From Amphiscolops sp. MND2022 (lineage: Eukaryota), in contig OZ076409.1 in the NCBI GenBank assembly GCA_964187785.1, forward strand, positions 92,754,001 to 92,818,000: a stretch of 64,000 nucleotides of DNA, read 5' to 3'. The position numbers and the translations under genes are program-made. Under the pieces are notes generated by a model. It made no database searches and had not been told where the DNA came from. It saw only the letters and a program-made list of their open reading frames with translations. Positions 24,606 to 34,763 of this stretch are shown here, piece by piece (the first letter of the stretch is position 1; each line of letters opens with the position of its first letter).

Positions 24606-25486
24606 CCCGGGTTTCCCTCCCATACAAAAACAGGTCAATCATGCTCTGCCATCATACAGTATGATTCCAGGCTGATCATACTCTGGACCATAGAGGTTTA
24701 TGGTTCCAGGCTGACCGTACTCTGGACATATATGGTCCAGTCTATGATATGTTCCATGTTCCATAAAAAAAGCAAAGTTTATGGTTCCAGCCTGACCATA
24801 CTCTGGGCCATATATGGTTAAGTCTATGATCAGCCTGGAACCATAAACCTTTATGGCCCAGAGTATGGTCAGCCTGGAGCCATAAAAAGAAAATTAGGAT
24901 AATGTAGTCAATTAACGCATACACTAATGAAATTACAAGATATTCGTCAACCAAAGGTCCAATACAATCACAAAACTGAACACAATGTCGCAAGCATCCA
25001 TTTTTGGCAACTTTTGCTGAATTATTGGTAATTTTTCTCGAAAAAAAATCAAAAATCAAACTGCAAAGTGGGTACTGCTATAACAAAAGAGTTAGTTATT
25101 AACTAAAGAGTGGCTGAGAACAAATTGAGTGACTATAGTTTGTCTTTAACTCCGCTTAGAGCTTAACGGAGTTCTGACTTGCAAAGTATCGTTCGCAGAT
25201 ACAAAAGGTCGATTATGGCTCTATTGCCCTCAGCCTATGAAGCTGGCTGTTCCCAAAATTTGAAAATTTTTGTTTGGGTTGCATGTCACGTCAACCTGCG
25301 TTTGGGAAAAAATTTATGATTTCAGGCTGATCATACTCCGGACCATATATGATTCCAGGCTGATCATACTCTGGACCATATATGATTCCAGGCCGATCGT
25401 GGCAAGATCATAGTAAGAAAATTTGTATGATTTGTATGGTGCCATAATATGGCCAGATTATGATCAGCCTGGTCGGGAAACCCGGG
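24606..25486. mobile_element. Non-autonomous CMC/EnSpm-like element, longest copy
   Basis: CCCGGG termini, 2-bp TSD AG, ~32-bp subterminal repeats ATGATTCCAGGCTGATCATACTCTGGACCATAT. Confidence 0.8.
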
Positions 25487-26803
25487 AGACTTTCAATTGC
25501 TATAATTCATATTTAATTTCGTTATTGGTGACTCAGACATAATCTATGGTTTCAATTTTGATTTACAGAGGACAAGCAAAATACTCAGTATGAAAAATTC
25601 ACTTCAATTTTTAGCAGAAAAAATGAATACTTCCAAGAAAATCACTGGTGATTAATTAAATAGGTGAAAGTTAAATTAAACAATGAGGAGAAAATTGATT
25701 TTAATTTTATAAAAAAATCAAGTTTCAAGACAATTAACTAAACATTGATATAAAAAGAATAGAAAGGAAGCCTTTGTAGCTCAAAATGTGTGAATAGTAA
25801 GCTCGTAAAGTTTATTGCTTTTTCGGTAGGATTCTTTACTATTGGTTTCACGCTAACTGTTTCATTGCGGTCATTTTTTTTGCGCAGAAGAATTTTAATG
25901 AACAATCAAATAATCGTTTCACTGTGGCAATGCAAAAAAGATCTTTTGATATTTTTTCCTCGAAAACAAAGAAACCTCATCTCACTGGGAAAGATAACAA
26001 AACCATTTTACCAAGTTCGGTTTCAGGAACGCACCTGGATTGATAGAATTGTTCAATTTTCCAAAGAGTTCAACTCCACCCTGAATGGGACGTTGAGAGC
26101 GAAAGTAAACCCAAATCTTTCTATGAACTTGCATTGACCTATAAATTGGCAACTTACGTGGTTTTCCAAATTCAAGTTTTGAAGTTGAAAAAACTTTGAA
26201 CTTTTAAAATATCTTCAAAAATTCATAAAGTTCATCAGCCGGGATTTTTAACGCGCGAAAAACTGAAAAATACCCACGAGAGCACCCAAAAGCATCTGAG
26301 TGCTCACTAAAATGAGTACATTGTGAATGCAATGAAAGACAAATAAATGAAATACAATTATATATTTTTTCGACTGTATTCCACAGTGAAGAAACATGGA
26401 AAATTCTGACTGAAGATAACCTTCTCCACATGCTTTTTGAGACGGCTCTTTATTTAGATACACGGACGTGGCAACATATTGTTTATGACGTATTTGTTTC
26501 CTTGCTAGAAAAACCTGGAAACACCTTGTTCCACTGAAACGCGGTTGAACGTCATTTAACAAAGGGAAGGGAATTAACAAAGAGAAAATGAGTTCTCAAC
26601 ATAGTCCGTGCTCTGTTCATCCTATGTATTTAGCATTTATTAGGCTCATTATCGACATTTTTTGAGCAAACGAGTTGTAAAAATTGATGCTTAATCAACC
26701 GTGAGCCATGCTTGCCCAAAAAATGCTTTTCCTCTCTTTTGAATAGCTACAAAAATTTTACCCCATTTTTTTCACTTCGAATGGTTGTAACTGTCATAGT
26801 TGT

Positions 26804-27009
26804 TGTTCTATTCCACTGATCTAATGACTAAGGGACAAAAGATTGGGTTAGAATAAAACTTCCAGTTTAAACAACTGTTCTTTAGAAACCACAAAATACA
26901 TAAAAATGTTTTTTTTTTGAGTTTGTTTGTAAACAACTCCTAGTCTTCTCGACAATCTATGTACTGAAACTCGGTAGAGGTCACGAACCGGAATGAACCG
27001 AATATAACA
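26804..27009 (-). repeat. Solo LTR of a family related to the 5.9-kb Gypsy element
   Basis: TGTTCTATTC...GAATATAACA; shares GAGTTTGTTTGTAAACAACTCC and CTCGGTAGAGGTC with the 234-bp LTR; near-TSD GTTGT/ATTGT. Confidence 0.8.
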
Positions 27010-28777
27010 ATTGTAATCATCTCTTTTTTTGCAGCGCTGAAAAGAATGCAATGAGCAACCATATGTATCGCATGATGGCACAATTTTTGATCGGGACAAC
27101 AAATGCATCCAACTTTTTCATCTTCTACGCCTCGGCTTCCGACTTTCGAACAGCTGTCAAAAACATGTTTCTCTGCAGGAAAGAGCGACCAAGCCCCAAC
27201 CGTGCGAATTCTTGCAATCAGGGATATTGAATACTCTCATATGAACAAAACTGCCGAATTTTCCAGAAAGCTCTACATGACGGCTTTTACTGTCTTCGTT
27301 TTCAACTTTCAAGAGTGTTAGCTATCAGAACATATGCCAAATCAGAACTAAAGGACTTCGAAATTTTATAGAGTCCTAGTATATTAGTATTCTAATATTT
27401 CCATAAACGAAACTACATGGTTATAACGTGTAATAATTTGACACTGTTTCCATACATGGATTTACATGGAATTATGAAGTATCATGAACACAAAATCTTG
27501 ATCATTACACGTGATGACCTTCCACAGATATCGTGCCAAGATCTTGTTAAAATATGCAGTAGCCAAGTTGCCATTATATCTTACGAACACAGGCATGGTC
27601 TGAAGAAAAACCTAACAACACCGAATGATGCAAACAAAATTTACCGCCAATTGCATGATCGCAAGAAAAAGTAATAAAAACAGCATTCGAAAAAAATTTT
27701 CAATCTAGAAAACAGTTTAACGATCGAAGTTTCAGTAAGAATCTTGCAATGAAGCCATGGCAAGGAAAATGTACTACGGACTTGTCGAGATCTTAACATA
27801 TGCAAAATCTTAACAAAATCTTAGCACATGCTAGCTAAAATGCTATTATGAAGGTCAATCGTGGTAGGAGTCCAACGTTGTTTGATCATCGGTTATAATT
27901 GGAAGCAGAGGACTTCTTGATCATTACAGATACTTTCAATTGATTCTCCAACAACCGTTTCGAAAGTGACACGAAGGCATGTAAGCGAAGTGATCATTCT
28001 AAAATCCAATCACTTTGCTGATTTATCATTGACTGGATTGAGATTACCGAAATAAAATCATGATTCTTGTCTGAGGACCTATTTGTGTCCCCAAATTTTG
28101 AAACACGAGTTAGTAAAAAAGAGCCTCTATGTTCAATGCTTAGTTGTCCAAGATATTTCTCGCCTTCACACCTGTACTGACACTCCAGTGGACTTAAGTC
28201 CTTGACAGGATAACTCAAGGACTGCCAAGAATTTCTCCAGGTTTCGAAATTTTCGCAAGTTCTCACCAGTCCTGGTGCAGTCCTTAGAAGTCCATGAGAT
28301 AATTCGATGAAAAATTCGAAGTTGCATACAGGACGCGGCCATTTTGATTTGAGTAGGCAAAAACTAGTTGCTTGTATTTCCTATCCCTATCAAGTGTATT
28401 TCGTATCAATTATGCCCCATGAGCACTGGGTTATGGTCATAATAATTGTTCCGATACTATTCTCATAGTCGAGACTATGTCTGGGCTCCATAGTACCTGA
28501 TACAATGATAGAAGATTGGCTTTCCCTGGAGAGGGAGAATAAGATCTAGAATATTTTAGATCTTATTCTCTTTAGATCTGAAATATCTTAGATCCTATTC
28601 GCTTCAGATCTTATTCCAGTGGAGTGGGGAATAGAGTGTAAAAATAAGTTCTCTAAAACTTGGAAAATTGAAATAAGATCTAAATTCAACTTCAAAACGG
28701 GGAATAAGATCTAAAATTTTAGATCTTATTCCCTTTGAATTGTATTCTCAGGAAGGGGGATAAAAATTATCAAACAT

Positions 28778-29803
28778 CACAGTGCACAGGCAAGCTTTTC
28801 GCTGCTTTTCGTGGAATCCGGGACACGAAAATTGAGAAAAGTCGTGGAATCCAGGACAAATTTTCTCTTTGATGTTAAGCGTTTCTTGGATTCCACGACA
28901 GTGCCTGTCCTGGATTCCACGCCAATACTGCTGCTATAATGACACTTTTGCCGCTGCTCTCTGATTGGTCCGCTCATTTTGAATAATCATTTTATATTAA
29001 TTCAATTTTATATCAAAGGAAATTGTTTTGATTGACACGAAAAATCCAAGAAGTACGAATAAAGATACTCGTGACTGGTACCAAAAATGAAGCATGTCTT
29101 CAAATAATGACAGATTGTGATGATCTGACCGTTTGTTCAAAACTGGTACTAAACTGAAAAATACGAATATTTGTGTAATATATTATTCTTTTTGCATGAT
29201 CATTATTAGAAAGGCAAAAGAACTTAAATTAAATCAATTTATATCAATAAAAATTGTTTTTATTGACACGAAAAATCCCAAAGTACGAATAGAGATACTC
29301 ATGACTGGTACCAAATTTGCAGCATGTCATCAAAAAATGGCAGATTGTGATGATCTGGCAGTTTGTTCAAAACTGGTACTGAATTGAAAAATACGAATAT
29401 TTGTGTAATATTGGTGTGATTGTTTGAATCATTTTGAATTAATATACGAAAAGTAGTGCATAATATTATGTTTGTTCAGTCTATCACTTGAATTTAATTA
29501 AAGAAGAGATGCCGCGTATCGCGTCAAGCATAAAGTCGTGGAATCCAGGAAATTTATGATTTCTGCAATCTAATTGGTTCATTTCGCAAAACTTACGTTT
29601 TTGTGGAATCCGGGACACCGCTGCATGCCGACAGTTCGTACAGCTAAGCATTTGTTACTGGAATCTACGACTAAATCCGTGGAATCCGTGACAAATGACG
29701 TAATTTGCAAATTTTGCACGGGTTAAGCTATGGTTGTGGAATCCCGAGATATTGAACGCACTATGTTGCGCTTTGAGCAAATAAGGCTTGCCTGTGCACT
29801 CTA
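28778..29803. mobile_element. Non-autonomous TIR element (TIR AGTGCACAGGCAAGC) with GTGGAATCC subterminal motifs and an internal ~230-bp tandem duplication
   Basis: 15-bp perfect inverted termini; motif repeated in both orientations; 29000-29180 repeated at 29230-29410; no clear TSD. Confidence 0.7.
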
Positions 29804-30193
29804 ATGAAATAATTAATTACTTTTTGAAGTGAACTCTTGAACTAATTGAACCAAAAATATTCAAAATATATCAGGTTTTATTGCTAGACCCGACCGACTG
29901 CTGAAGACGTCGTCGTAATAATGTAATTCGAGTAGCCCGTACTGACACTCCAGTGGATTTAAATTCTTGCCAAGCCAACTCAAGGGTTCCATCCCTTGAC
30001 AGGTTAACTCGAAGATTCCAAGATTTCTATTCCCTTCAAATCCTATTCCCTTTTTTGACTTTGGGTCTTATTCTTTAGATCTCAATCCCTTTCTCATTCA
30101 CGTCCTGAAATTTTAGATCTTATTTCCTTTAGATCTTATTCTCTCCTTATCTTATTTCCTTTGACTTTAGATCTTATTCCCTTTCTCTACCAG

Positions 30194-30447
30194 GGGTGAT
30201 TTCGGTGATTTTGGGAGGACACAACAAGATCTAATGGTAGCATAACGATATTCGAGGTCCTGATCAGCTTTTTTGATGAACTCCGAGGGACATCCAACAT
30301 GGTTTTTGTGCTCATTCATCTGATGTTTTGTGAATGGTTTTTTTTCATCAACGTGCTGGTTGGTTGCCCTGCCAGTGTCAATTGTTTTGTTTGTTTCTCA
30401 GTAGGCCAGCCAAAAGTATTAAAACGAATGTTTACGTTTTATGATTA
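30194..30447 (+). pseudogene. Possible last GPCR exon (TM7 and tail), frameshifted
   Basis: ctctctaccag| acceptor in compatible phase; needs a 1-nt correction near 30242 to read ITIFEVLISFFDELRGTSNMVFVLIHLMF; weak motif match. Confidence 0.3.
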
Positions 30448-30500
30448 ATTGACGAGAGACTTTTTTCACTAATTTTCGTAAAGTAACATACTGAGGAAAA

Positions 30501-30901
30501 TGAACTGTTAAAAGGTTGTGTGGTGGTTTCTTTTAGAAGTGTTAGTACTGACATAAGAAGTCTAAGATTTTAACAGCGAAGTCATCTTATCTTTTATCTT
30601 GTAGCTAGCTAGTTCTGAGTACAATCTATTTCTGAGATCTCAGTTCTTGAAGTATGGGAGGAAGACTGATTGCTAGGATGAATTCTCAATTTCTCCGAGT
30701 AGATATATTCTATTAAGTAGGGTAGGTTACATCAATTAACAATGTGACAGCAACAGGATGAAGCAGGGGAGTCTGATACAGGATCTATTAAATGAAGTTT
30801 CTTAGCTTCTAAATTAGATTACATTTACTAATTGGTTTGGTTAAGAGTTCAGAGTATTTCAAATTTATAGAATCTTTGAGGACATGCATCATGGCATCAC
30901 A
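30501..30901 (-). repeat. 3' LTR of the giant element
   Basis: Minus strand TGTGATG...CAGTTCA; about 10 substitutions versus 48013-48413 by eye. Confidence 0.93.
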
Positions 30902-31977
30902 ATCAACCGGGAATTTAAAAATTAAATTACATATATGCAGTTTGAGTTTGAGGAGTTCTAGAAGTTTTTGTTATATGCATGGGTTTGTTTCATTTGTGTT
31001 GTACTAGAGTTGCATGAGTTTTGTTTTGTAGAGTACCATACTTAAGGAGTGAGAACAACCTAAGACGATTTGACTTCTTACGTCATAGACGATTCAATTG
31101 GTGCAAAAAGGTTCAAGCAAGGTTCAAGTTCTTTCAGTTTCTTTGACTGACAAGTTCTTTGAAGTTATTGTTGACAACTATTTATCATTTCATGTTTCTT
31201 TTTCGTATTAGCCATCGGCTTGTTTGAAAAAATTCTTTCATCAACATGAGTTAGTCAGCATTGAAAACTTTTCAAGTTGAAGAATTAAAGCGTGAAGTTG
31301 TCAATGAGTTGTAAACCAACATTGGCTGGTGTGTGAACCAAAAGTGAAGAAATTTCGAAAAGTCAAGGTTCTAGTGAGAGTTCATTTTTAACAAAAGTGA
31401 AGAGTAGAGTAGAAGCAAAAGTTGAAAAAAAACTTTGGCTATTTCAAGTTTCAAACATTGGAAAACTAGAAGTGACATTTTTTAAGAGTTCTGAAGAAAA
31501 ATTTGGAAAATTTTTTGGGAATGCTTTTGGGGATTAAAACAAAGTTGTAGAACATGTTTTGTTAAAGAAAAATTTTGTTCAAAAATCTTAGAAAATTTCT
31601 TGTACTGTAGGTAGGACTTGTGTTCTGTAAAAGATGGGGATTAGAGATTTATTTTTGGAGTATATAATTAGGTAAGATAATGTCAATGTACTATACACAA
31701 TACAATGGAAGTAGATAATATTGTGGTTACAAGGATAATAATAGGTAGAATTTGGGAAGGATTATTTTTAATGGAGGGGTAATTATACTACGATCAGAGG
31801 AGATTAAGATTAAATAAGAGTATATAGCACTAAAGATTAGATAAGAGTATATAGCACTATACTAGATGAAAGTTAAAATTTGATAGGTTACAAGAAGTTA
31901 CAAGTTATATTTGTTAAATTTGATTATACAGTTCAGTTTGAAAATTACAATGTTTGAAATTTATATTGGCCATTGGA

Positions 31978-32090
31978 GTATGAAGACCAGTCAAGAAGTC
32001 AGCAGTTGAGGTGTGAAGACCAGTCAAGAAGTCAGCAGTTGAGGTGTGAAGACCAGTCAAGAAGTCAGCATTTGAAGTGTGAAGACCAGT
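31978..32090. repeat. 33-bp tandem repeat (~3.5 copies) in the 3' region of the giant element
   Basis: GTGTGAAGACCAGTCAAGAAGTCAGCAGTTGAG units; translate as FLTGLHTSTAD repeats in ORF 31914-32225. Confidence 0.9.
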
Positions 32091-32298
32091 GACGAGGACA
32101 AAGTTTGGCAACGTCGATGAACCCAAAATGGAGATGGATGTTGTTGACCATCGTGTGTGGGTGGAGTGAAGAGTTTCTGCATGTGTAGGAGTTCTTTGAA
32201 GGAGTGAGCGACAGCTACATCTCAAACATCATTGAGGAAGAATGACGGATTCAAGAAGAGATGGATTTGAAGAGTGATAAAGTAAGTAGAATATTGGT

Positions 32299-32751
32299 TT
32301 AGTTGTATAGAGGATGTTGTTGAGGTGGGTGTGCCTGATGTTGGTGAGGATCATAGTGTTCGAGTTTTTGGGTATATCCAAAACTATGAAGCATCTCATT
32401 GAATGCGTTGGTGGCTTCATGGAGGGCAGCTTGAAAGTATTGGTCTTTAGACGTGAACGCCGAGTTTAACACAAAAACGACATTAGAAGCCGTTTCACAA
32501 ATGGCAATTTTTGGTCCGGCGACTTGAATCCTTGAATATTGTTCAAATGTAATGTGTTTCTTTTTGATTTGGGTGACATTATATAAGACTTTCAGAAAGG
32601 CGATAAGAGATTTTGGCGTTATTTTATTGTTGTTTATCTCCAGGGAAAGTTTGTAGGCCATTGTGTGAAAAATAGCTGCTTTTAGGCTATGAACTTTTGA
32701 GTGGCTGGAAGTCATTGTAATTATATCTTGTATTTCAGCGTTGGGGGCCAT
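32299..32751 (-). CDS. Accessory ORF B of unknown function (150 aa)
   Basis: ATG in GTCATGG context 13 nt after a pyrimidine tract plus CAG acceptor; same strand as the element. Confidence 0.55.
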   Translation of the reverse strand: MAPNAEIQDIITMTSSHSKVHSLKAAIFHTMAYKLSLEINNNKITPKSLIAFLKVLYNVTQIKKKHITFEQYSRIQVAGPKIAICETASNVVFVLNSAFTSKDQYFQAALHEATNAFNEMLHSFGYTQKLEHYDPHQHQAHPPQQHPLYN

Positions 32752-33169
32752 GACGAGAGAGTCCTGTAGAAGACAAAAAAGGAGAAGTGGAGATGTTCTG
32801 AAAGAGAATGGAAGGAGGAGGAAGAAGAATGGATGTTTCTAAAACAGAGGAAGTGTAAGAAGAATGACAATATCAAGTCAAAGATGTACAACAAAATTGG
32901 GTGCTTTAATGTATCATATGTAGTGTTGTGCTATATTGTCTTGTATGTCTTGTATTGTAGTGTTTTTAATAGAAATAGTTAGTTTTTTGACATGTACTGT
33001 AGGAAAAATTAGTGTACTTGAAAAATAGTCCTGAGATTTCATTCAAAAGCAAGAATTTACTTTAAATAAGTAGGTAAAAATGAAAATACCTTGAAGAATG
33101 TGTCACAGATGTATCATAAAGTGTACCATAGAAGAAAAATTAAGAACTTTATATTACCTGTAGAAGATT

Positions 33170-34740
33170 TTAATGAAGATTAGTTGAGTTAAAAAGAGTA
33201 GTTATAGTTTCCAAAGCAGATTGGATTGCTTGGGATGATTGAGTGATGCGTTGAGAGTCTAAATCGAGTGTCTGAAGGAGTTTGTGTGTTCTGTCGTAGC
33301 AGTGTAGTATATGTGTGAGTGTTGTGATAGGTGTTTCAGAGGAGTTTCGTTTATAGGGTTCAAGTAAATTTGTTATGTCGCGAAGTGTTCGGTTGTTCAA
33401 TACAGAAGGAAGTTTGTCGGGAGCGTTTTTTATAGGTGAAGCGTGTGATTTATGTTCAGTTTTTTGTTCAGCTTGTACCATGAAAGAGATAGTTTTGGCA
33501 GAGATAAAGAGAAGTTCATTGTAGGAATAGGTTTGCTTGTAGAGTGCTGTATAGTGCGTTCTATCTTTATCGTCAAGTGGAGAAGAAACGAGGTGTTTAA
33601 TAACAGTAAGAGGTTTTGCAATTTGAGTAGGAATGTTGCAGGGCAACAAAAAATCATCGTAATGTATGAGATATTCTTGAGGTACAATAAGTGGACGTGA
33701 AGGATTGTTATATGGAAGCAAACAGAAGTATTGTTTTATAGGGTCAGAGTTCCGAAGGTAGCCTGTTATACAGGAGTGATCCAGAGTGTACATATTTGTC
33801 ATTGTGAACGGTGATGTATATATGTAATTGACAAAAATGTGATTTTGTGGTTTCGTGTATTGCAGGAATTTAGTATATGTCTGATGATGAGTAGCTTTTT
33901 GTGCTATAGAGAGAAAGGATGGATCAGATTCATCTGTTTTGAGATCGTATATAGAAGGTCGAAGAAAATTGAATTGGAGAGAGAAAATTTTAACTCCATT
34001 CTCGAGCCAATATTGGTATGGACCCATTATTTGGAAGCAATGGATGTGAAGAAGTCTTGATTTTTGTCATATAAGCGAAATGAATAGTCAGTAGGATGCA
34101 TATATAGAGAAGTTAGTTGTGCTTTGAAGACGAAATCGTCAGTAGAAAGAATTGAGATCAAATGATCATCGCGATTCGTGCAAAGTGAAATTTTTGAAGG
34201 TATTGAAGGAGGATATATTGGTGATGAAAGAAAGATTGGATCTTTCATTATTTCATATCGTTTTTTGGGAGGAGGTGGTGTCGATTGTGTATGATCAGTA
34301 TCATCTTGTGGAGGAGTAGGTTTTGGATTTTCATTTTCAATTTTTGTGTGTTCCATTGGTTCAAGAAAAGTTGGAGGTGTTTGTTCTGAAGTCTCAATAT
34401 AGAGAACAGGAGAATCATTTGAAAGAGGTCGAGTTATTAGATCTGTTGGGGTTGCTTGTTCAAGCTGTGTTTGTAGGTCAATTTGTGCTTGTGTCATTGT
34501 TTTAAAAACATCAACAATCACAGTGTTATCTATTCCAAGAGGCCTGGGCACTTTAAAGTTAAAGTACTATAAATTACACTAACGAGTGGATTTGTCAACA
34601 ACTTTAGTTGGAAAGTTTTTGAAGACGGTTATTATTAGAGAAGTATTATTGGGCTGAGGAAGATGAACTTCTGCAAGAGTTTCGAGTGGGGGAGGAGTAG
34701 CAATTGTGAAGAAATAGTAGGCAAGTGTACTGAAAGAGAG
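33170..34740 (-). CDS. Accessory ORF A of unknown function (~520 codons reconstructed; 2 stops, 1 frameshift)
   Basis: ORFs 34027-34551 and 33170-34027 join by a 1-nt shift; frame extends to 34740 through two TAG codons; PPPPKKR basic patch. Confidence 0.6.
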
Positions 34741-34763
34741 TTACAGAAAAACTGAGAAAGTGT

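Noticed and set aside
24660..25400. Regularly spaced ~32-bp repeats resembling a CRISPR array
   Set aside because: No unique spacers or cas genes; they are subterminal repeats of a TIR element in eukaryotic DNA
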